The notes beneath the pieces are model-generated. The model ran no database searches and was not told the DNA's origin. It worked only from the letters and a program-made list of their open reading frames with translations. The translations under genes and the position numbers were made by a program. This document shows positions 55,310 through 64,000 of a DNA stretch of 64,000 bases, one piece after another. This stretch comes from the human T2T-CHM13v2.0 reference genome, Homo sapiens. The stretch lies in NCBI RefSeq assembly GCF_009914755.1, contig NC_060928.1; one strand, 5' to 3'. Each line of letters begins with the position of its first letter. Positions within the stretch are counted from its first letter, which is position 1.

Positions 55310-55781
55310 TGTATAGTAGGTGAAACAATGATCCCAAATATATCAGGCCCAAATCCCTGGAGTCTTTAAATGTTACCTTATATGGAAAAAGTAACTTTGC
55401 AAACATGACAGTTAAGAGTCTTGAGATCGAGAGATTATCCTGAATTATCTGGGTGGACAATGAATATAATCACCAGCATCCTTTTAAGAGGAAGGCAGAA
55501 ATATGTGACACACACAGAAGAGGAAAAGGCAGTGTGATCATGGAAACAGATTGATACGGCCAGAAGCCATGGTATGCAGGCAGCCACCAGAAGGTAAAAG
55601 AGGTAACTGATTCTTTCCTACTGTCTTTAGAGGAAGTGCAGCCCTGCTGACACTTTGATTTTGGCCCAGTGATACTGATTTTATATTTCTAATCTCCAGA
55701 ATTGTAAAAGAATTAATTTTTGTTGTTTTAAGCCACCAAGTTGGCGATCATTTGTTATAAGGGCCACAGAAAACTAATGCA
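55310..55781 (+). mobile_element. MLT1D-like LTR
   Basis: 'aatgttaccttatatggaaaaagtaactttgca...gagattatcctgaattatctgggtgg...tttaagccaccaag...gaaaactaatgca'. Confidence 0.85.
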
Positions 55782-56350
55782 GATATTGGTGCTAGCAAAG
55801 GAGATGCTGCTATAATAAATACCTGAACATGTGGAATTGGCTTTAGAATTAGAAATGGCTAGAGGCTATATAAATTTTGAGATGCAGTTTAAGGAAAAAT
55901 AAAACCCTAGATAGCCTTAAACACAGTGTTGGTAGAAATATGAACAGTAAAGACATTAAGGTTGAATGCTCAAGAAGGAAATAAGCAACATGTTATTGGA
56001 AACTGGAAAATAACCAATCTTTGTTTATAGGGGCCAAAAACTTAGCCAAATTGTGTCCTACAATTGAGTGGAAAGCAGAACTTGTAAGTGATAAACTGAT
56101 TAACTTGGATATTTAGCTGAGGAGGTTTCCAGCCAAAGTATTGAAGACACAGACTGGTTTCTTCTTGTTGCTTATAGTGAAATGCAAGAGAAAATGCAAG
56201 AGAAAAGAGATAAATTGAAGAAAAAACTGTTTAGCAAAAACGAAACAGGATTCGTTGACTTCAGAAATATTCAGCCTATCCGTATTGTAAAAGATGATAA
56301 AAAAAAAAAAGCAGCCCATTGTTAGGAATGTATAGTCTGGAGGGAAGGCC
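55782..56350 (+). mobile_element. MLT1-int (MaLR internal sequence)
   Basis: Directly follows the LTR: 'gatattggtgc...gctgctataataaatacctgaacatgtggaattggctttag', 'tgttattggaaactgga' and 'ggatatttagctgaggaggtttcc'. Confidence 0.75.
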
Positions 56351-56709
56351 AGCTTGCAGCAATATAATATCTTGAAGATGGATATTATAATAGGACAATG
56401 AAGTCTCATAGAAAAAGCATTGAGCCAGAGGTAGTGTCAAACATTACGTCTTAGACAAAAACTAAAACGAAAACAGCTATTCCAATAAGAAGAGAAATGA
56501 AGGTAGAAGGATGCATGAGACTTGGTAAATTTGTCAGTGGTAAGAAGAGCAAAGTGAAGTATTTAATATCTAATGATCTGTTGTCTCTGTGAAATAAGGG
56601 AGGGAGGAAGAATCACTTGCTAGGAGTGAGAAGGCAGGTGGTCTGGAAGATGACTCTAGAAAAGAGGTCAAGTTGTTAGTTCACCTGTACTGCAATAATG
56701 GTGATGAAA

Positions 56710-56750
56710 ATGATGATGATGATGATGATGATGACGACGATGATGATGAC
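56710..56750. repeat. (GAT)n microsatellite with GAC interruptions
   Basis: Directly visible. Confidence 0.9.
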
Positions 56751-57869
56751 AGTAAGGGCAATGAATACTAATGGCTGTAGCTAGTATATTTGTTATGCAT
56801 TAACTATGAACCATATATATAATATTAATCATTTTTTAGAGTTATTATCACATAAAACTATCACATCAGCCCTGAGAAGTAGATCTCATTATTATTTTCA
56901 ATTGTCATTAGTTTATATTATAAATATATGTACTATAACATGTGTAACAAAACATAATAAATTATGTGTAGTATCAGATATTTTATGTAACATAACAAAT
57001 GTGTCATATATAGACATATGGTATGTTATATATTATATATAAATAATATATTTTTAAAAGTAAACATATAGATGTTTACTTTTATTATGCTATTATTGTT
57101 TTATAGAAGAGAAAATAGACTCCGATAGGTTAGGTAAATTGACCAAGGATACACAGCTAGTAGATGGTAGATTGTGGAGTCAAATCTACCTAATCCAAAG
57201 GATTAGGATTTGATTATGGAATCAAATCTGTCTAATCCAAAGTCTGTTTTCTTAACTATTAGATTATACTACACCATTATCTTAAAATGTTTTCTCAAAG
57301 AAGCCGGTCAAAAGCCCACTTGCCTCTTCCTCAGTATTCCACTCCTTAGCATGTCAAATCAAAACCATTCATTTATCCCTGCATTTTTTCACAAAATATG
57401 TTCCCCAAATCATCGTGTGATTCTCCACTGCCAAATCCACTGGTCCCTTACGAGTCTACACCTTACTTGACATCAGATCTTGCACACCGCTCTTCTCCAT
57501 ACACCTCTTTGCTCCATTGCCTGCAATGGCAACACAGTCCTGGGCTCTATTTCTTTTGGTAGAACCAGTTGTATCATATTTTCAGAAATCCAGTCTCATG
57601 GATACAATGAAAGGAATACTGACCTAGAAAACTGCAGAGCTGGTCCTCACTCTCTCTGGATCACTGAGCCACTGAGTAGCCTTGGGCACTGTCCTCACTC
57701 CCTCTATGCCTCCATTTACTCACTTCCAAATAAAGGAGATGATCCAGTGAGTCCCAATCAGCTTCCACCCTCTATTAGTCCAAGTTCATAAAAAGGACAT
57801 TGAGAAGAGAAATCTTGGCTGTCTGCCTCAGGGAAAAAATAACTAAGATATCACTTTGCAAAAGGAGTA

Positions 57870-58340
57870 AGTGAATTTCAACAGCATTGTGACTGTCTCT
57901 GCCTGGAGTTGGCTGTCTCTCCAACCCTGGGCTCCCTTCTGGACACTATAAATTATCCAAGGACATAGGCTAATTGACACAGTTGAGAGGAGAGGGACAC
58001 AAATAGTCCCAGGCTTGGAGAGTGATACCTCTGTGGGGAGGTTAATAGAGCTGGAGCAGCTCAAGCTTGAGGAAGGGCTGCTGAAGGGAGCCATCATTCT
58101 GCCGACACATTCATAAAAAGATATTGTGAGAAGGGCAGGGATCAGTCTTCTTATTAATCAGCAAGGGCAGAATGAGAATTAACAAGCTGTAAGCTGCAGT
58201 GAGGAGTATCAAAGCTAAATATCAGGGAAAATGTTAGACCACTGGGAGCAGTTAGGCAATGGAACAGACTGCTAGGAGAAGCCATGAAGTCACTCTAATT
58301 GGGGGCATTTGAGGCAGAGAGCAGATATACATCCGTCACA
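57870..58340 (+). mobile_element. L3/CR1 3' region fragment
   Basis: 'gctgtaagctgcagtgagg...aaatatcagggaaaatg...gcagttaggcaatggaacagactgctaggagaagccatgaagtc', typical of the CR1 ORF2 end. Confidence 0.7.
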
Positions 58341-59119
58341 GGGGAAGGGCCTCCTGGGGGAAAATAAGGAGCAGGACGCTAATGGACCTCAATGAACGAA
58401 GCATAACAAGCCCTCAACTTTAACAGCAGAGCACAGTCTGAAGGTGTGAAGGCAGCGTGGGGCGAGATTGGGAGTTGAAGAGTGCAAACAAACAGTCATG
58501 GTGGTATTGTTGAGATGGTGATTTGTGCAGTTTTCATGAACTGGGTTCAAACTTTCATTCTGCTACCTGCTAACTCAGCATGGTTTCCTTCTTGGATTCA
58601 GTTTCTTTGGCTATAAAATGGGGAGCACGATGATCATTTCACAATGAATGATATGAGGATAAAATAAGGCCACATCTATGAATCATTTCACCTGGCATCA
58701 GTGACACAGGCAGTTCTAGGTAAATGATATTTATGAAAAAAGCCAGAGCTCTCCAGGACAAGAAGTGAGGCAGAGGGAAGGCTCCAGGCCCCAGCTTGCT
58801 TTAGTAGCTCATCTTCTACTTTTGAGGGTGGCAGGGGGTCAGTGTTCAGAACTGGTGACATTCAACTACTGAATGAGTCTGTCCTGCAGAGAGGTTCAAG
58901 GTCAGGAGGAAGTAATTCTGGAAATTCATGAGGCCATGGGTGGGAAAGGCAGTGTGTTTTTCTGAACCACCCATGTGTCTGGGAGTGGCAGAGGCCAGAA
59001 CTGAGGAAAAGGAGCTCGGTGACTTTCAAAGGGTAGGGATTGCTGCCAGTAGCAGATGCTCTCAGTGCCCCACAGCACACCCCTCTTGGCCAGCCTCTGC
59101 GTTCACCACTGTGATGGAC

Positions 59120-59554
59120 AGCTCTACGTGAGCTCACACTCAGATTACAACAAAGCCTCACCTCTCAAGCCAGTCTTGCCACTATCTGCCTTAGAAAAGG
59201 GCTCTTTCTGAGGCTGAAGAAGTCAATGGGCCCCATGCACAAGGGCAGCCCAGAGGTTCATTCATACCCCAAAGAACACCCTCAACCAACACAGTATAGA
59301 AGCCAGTGGATAAATGCCCCCCATTTCCCATTATTCGGGCAGAAATTCTGGGATGCATTGGTTCTTCAGAGGCCCCAGTAGAACCAAGCCCCTACTGCCT
59401 ACAGTGGCAATGCCACTCCTGTTGGCTTTTCCTTCTTCTGGTCTCAGTCTCCTCAGGCTCTCACTCATGCTTCATGTAATGATTTCCCAAATCAACCACC
59501 CATACCTAAGTCCTTGGATCAAACTCTGCTTCTGTGGAAACAAAAACTGAGGCA
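59120..59554 (+). mobile_element. LTR16-like ERVL LTR
   Basis: 3' end 'ttcccaaatcaaccacccatacctaagtccttggatcaaactctgcttctgtggaaacaaaaactgaggca'. Confidence 0.55.
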
Positions 59555-59589
59555 GTGTCTGAAAAAAAAAATTCAAAAGGTCAGAAACC

Positions 59590-60045
<456 letters not shown>

Positions 60046-60489
60046 TTACTCTCATTTGAAATGCCTCCAATCTCATCACAGAGGTAAAAACAAAACTTTA
60101 AGACTCAAAAATGCCTGCCATCCTCCTATCTTCAGACATATCCCTCATAGCCCAGCTTATATCCTGGCACTTTGATCAGTATTTTTCTAGTTTAATCTGC
60201 CACAGCATCTTCCTTCAAATAATTTACAGAGCACTTTGAACTCAGAATCAGTACTCATCAAATTACTGTTTACTTCATGCATATATATATATATATAATC
60301 TTCCTAGGGAATAGAAACTGACATCATACACACCCCCAGCAGACTACCACTTTCATTTTGACAAGACTTGTGTGTTATGGCTGCTCTTAGCTGCAAGAGA
60401 GGCAGGACATTTAGGTTTTTTCTTCTTCTAAAGTGGAGACAGACAAGCAAAAAGGGTAAAGAATGAGCACTTAGACAGTGGAAAAGATC

Positions 60490-60959
60490 TTTTTATAACA
60501 ATATGAATCAGTTATTAGGCATTGGGTCACATCATAATTATGGAGGCTGAAAATTGCATTATGGTGGCTGAATATCTGCCATTTGCAAGCTGTACACTCA
60601 GGAAAGCTGGTGGCGTAGTTCAAAACCCTGAAAGCTGCATAGCCAATGGGGTAGATTCCAGTCCATGTCTGAAGGCCTGAGAATCAGAAGAACTGAGGGC
60701 AAAAGATCAATGCCCTGAATTGATCAGCTGAATCAGTCAGGTAGACTTAATTCAGCCTTCCTGCACCTTGTTGTTCTAGTCAGTCTCTCAATGGATTCAG
60801 TGATGTCCACTCACACTGGGGAAAGCCACCTGCTTTACTCAGTTTCCTAATTCAAATGCTAATATCTTCTGGAAATGTCCTCACCCAGAAATAATGTCTA
60901 ATCAGCTGTCTGGGCATCCTATGGCCCAGTGAAGTTGACACATAAAATCAGCCATCATA
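60490..60959 (-). mobile_element. MLT2B-like ERVL LTR
   Basis: 'ctgaaggcctgagaa...ttcaaatgctaatatcttctggaaa...ggcccagtgaagttgacacataaaatcagccatca'. Confidence 0.85.
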
Positions 60960-61824
60960 ATAACTTCTTGTCAGATGAAAAATTTTACTCCCATGTTTTT
61001 ACAGAGATTCAGGGAGCTGTTGAGTTTTATTCAAGGAAGTCATGACTAGCTAGAGACAAGTTAAAACTTTCACAAACATATAGGTGCAGAAATAATAACC
61101 ATCATAGGTTTCATAAATTATTCTGGTACTAGGAATATAAAGGAATAACCTGACATCTGCCCTCATAAATCTCCCAGCATGTTAGACACACAAGGAGCTC
61201 TCAGCCTTTTAGGAACATGCACAGATCATTGCAGTACATTGTGGAAAGTGCAAAGGGTGTGATGTGCATGGCACATCGTGGGAGCACAGACTGGGGAATC
61301 GGGGTGGGACTTAATTGAGTTCTCTTGATGATGTTCAGACAAGTATTCCCAGAGGAGATGAGCAGGGGCTTAACAGGTTGACTTGGTGATTTTTTGTTGT
61401 TGTTTATTTTTCTTAACATAAAAAGGGATGATTATAGAGTTATAAGCTGGGGAGCAAGGTGATCTAACTTACCCTTTACCAAAGGCAGTTTTATGTAGAG
61501 GAAGGACTATTGGAGAGTGGTAATAAGGAGACTTCTTCCCACAATCTTTCAGGTGATTGAGAGAGAAAATGGCTTGCTCTGGGGTTGTAGCTTTGGGACA
61601 CTAAGGAGTTATCAAAATGAGAATATGTAGTAGAGTTATTGTATGATGTTGAATTTAATATAAAATATAATAAAGTCTAAAACAGCATGTACATTTTTGG
61701 CTGAGTAATTGAAAAAATGTAGGTTTTGTTTAATAGGATAGGGAAGTCTGGCTGGTAATTAGGTGGCTCTTTTCCTTATGTTAAGTTTGAGTTGTTCATT
61801 AGTTTATGAAGTAGAGATGTCAAG

Positions 61825-62171
61825 TGATATGGTTTGGCCATGTCCGCACCCAAATCTCATCTTGAATTGTAGCTCTCATAATTCCCACATGTTGTGGGAG
61901 GGAGCCAGTGGGAGTTAATTGAATCATGGGGGTGGTTCTCATGATAGTGAATAAGCCTACGAGATCTGATGGTTTTATAAGAGGAAACTCCTTTCACTTG
62001 ATTCTCACTCTCTCTTGTCTGCTGCCATGTAAGATGTGCCTTTCACCTTTCACCATGATTGTGAGGCCTCCCCAGCCACATGGAACTGTGAGTCCATTAA
62101 ACAACTTTTTCTTTATAAAGTACTTAGTCTCAAGTATGTCTTTATCAGCAGCTTAAAAACAAACTAATAAA
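61825..62171 (+). mobile_element. THE1B-like solo LTR
   Basis: 'tgatatggtttggccatgtccgcacccaaatctcatcttgaattgtagctc...aactaataaa'; perfect 5-bp TSD TCAAG. Confidence 0.95.
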
Positions 62172-63589
62172 TCAAGTAAACAACCTGGTGATCAGGGGAA
62201 AATCTAAAGCTTATGGTAAATCACTGTTACTTTCTTTATTAAAATGTCCATGATCCCTCAATCCTTGAATCTGATTTTTAAGTTTTCTCCTCACTGGGCT
62301 ACTTTAGGACCTCTCTTGCAGTTCTTATTAAACTCTTTGATTATTCTCTTTAGAAATCTTTCTTGCCTGTCTGTAAATTTGTTGAGTTCAGCTATTGCAT
62401 TTTATCTTTGAATTATCATCACAAGTTCTGACATATGATAAGAGTGCCACACATATTTATCAGTGGCAAAAAATGTCTTATTTAATAAGAAATGAGCACC
62501 TTTTTCAAGTAGGCAAAGCATAAATGACTATGATTATCATCTTCATCCTCTATGTTTTATAAGTATTGAATGTCAAATATTACAGACTCACAGCCCATCT
62601 TCTAATTTTAAATCATTTATTCTTGACACTACATCATGAAAAATCAGATATATAAAAACTATAGAATTGACTAAATTGACATGTTTCCATGGATTCTGGA
62701 AAGAAATATCTCATTTATTTAGTAGATTTTTTAGAAGTGTCAAATACAGCAATGGAATACTGGTCTCTCATCCAAACCAGCCACTTACAGATGTTATTAG
62801 GTAAGTTTTATTAACACTTAACTAGATTGGAGTATTGAAGAAAAATAAGTTACTGCTGAAGAATATTACTGATGATAGACCATACGTATTTCCATTTTAA
62901 TTATCATTTTTATCCTCTTAATATTTTGTAATAAAAGGGCCAGTCCCTTGGATTAAATTTTGTGCACAATTTGAAAACGAAGCTGGAGTTTGAGCAACAA
63001 AATTTGATAGACATTTCTTCCAAAACTTTTTTTGAAATGGAAAATAAAAATCTCCATGTTGAAAATATTTTGTAATATATTATCAAATTCAGCAAACCTT
63101 ATTAAACATGGAATAATATGTTCAGATAACAAGGATTTTCAGTATATAAATTAGATGTTTATTTTGTTTTCCTTTCTTTCAATTCCTATGTACTCTGAAA
63201 GATTTACTAATTATGAGTGTGTTGTGATTTTCACCAATAAATTATGTTATCTGCTTGGGATTTTCAAAGTTGTTACTTTTCAGTCAGCATCAATCTGTCA
63301 CCTGTTCCAGCCACATTCATCTGCAGTGATTAATTAACTTTGTAGAAAAGTTGACACTACCATTGGGAATAATTCTTTGTTATTTTTTATCTCCTGAGGC
63401 CATATAATTTAATACTGGATGGTTCCATATAGATTTAATTGGAGGAAAAAACTTATATATTATTACTAATGTGAGAGGAAGGCTTAGAGAAAGCCAAGTT
63501 GAGTTTAGAAAATATCATGCGTGGCATTTAGCAATATCTACTATAATAGTCTGTATATTTTAAAATTGTTTTTTATCCAAATAAACTGC

Positions 63590-64000
63590 AAGTGAACTTC
63601 ATGAAGGACAAGTGCTTTTGTGTCCCATACCTAGAACACAAACTGCCACATAGCACATACACAATACTTTTGGAATGAATGACTGGATCATTTGGTTAAA
63701 AGTGTCTTGAGAGCTCAGATGACCTTGCTGCTCTTGAAACCATCATCAGTTCATCATTGTAGCAAGATGATACTAATAGCTGATTAAATTTGTATAATAC
63801 TTTAAAATTAGCAATGTAATTTGTAATTTTCAAAGTGCTTTAATTCATTTGAAGCTTACAGAAACCTCGTGAAGCAAAAGGGGTTTTATTATCTTAATGG
63901 TACAGAGGAGTAAACTGAGACTTAGGTAAAATGAAACAATTAGACACAGCATATGTCTAAATCCAAATCCATACATAAGAACTAGAGGGCATCATGACAT
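63590..64000. mobile_element. L2 3' end followed by an antisense MIR fragment
   Basis: 'acaatacttttggaatgaatga' and 'cagaggagtaaactgagacttagg'. Confidence 0.55.

Noticed and set aside
62880-63450. AT-rich stretch whose minus strand reads '...FWKKCLSNFV...GTGPFITK', faintly protein-like
   Set aside because: Multiple stops and no ordered motif series I can assign. A blastx/Dfam search would be needed.

Overview
This is primate (human-like) intergenic or intronic DNA: AT-rich, CpG-depleted and dominated by transposon fossils. I found no supportable host protein-coding exon, RNA gene or CRISPR array; nearly all short ORFs in the track are translations of Alu, L1, LTR or microsatellite sequence. 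The largest element is a full-length, TSD-flanked ~6.03 kb L1PA3-like LINE-1 (49265-55293, +) with a disabled ORF1, a nearly intact ORF2 and an open antisense ORF0. Also present: ten Alus, three THE1 and several MST/MLT solo LTRs, an ERV1 LTR interrupted by an L1PA2 3' fragment, DNA transposons (Tigger3a, MADE1, MER58, MER20, MER2B) and old L1M/L2/MIR/L3 pieces. Subfamily names come from recalled consensus features, not a search. The most unusual signals are: (1) a heavily decayed Ty3/Gypsy-type reverse-transcriptase fossil at ~26050-26715, seen as correctly ordered and spaced protein motifs; (2) a ~200 bp templated copy of nearby L2 sequence inserted into the middle of an AluJ (8773-8972, donor 10121-10320, ~85% identical, no indels); (3) a 30-bp inverted repeat closing an AT-rich minisatellite (28636-28920); (4) CpG-retaining CACGTA/CACGTG micro/minisatellites. 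I cannot support a new multi-gene biological system here.
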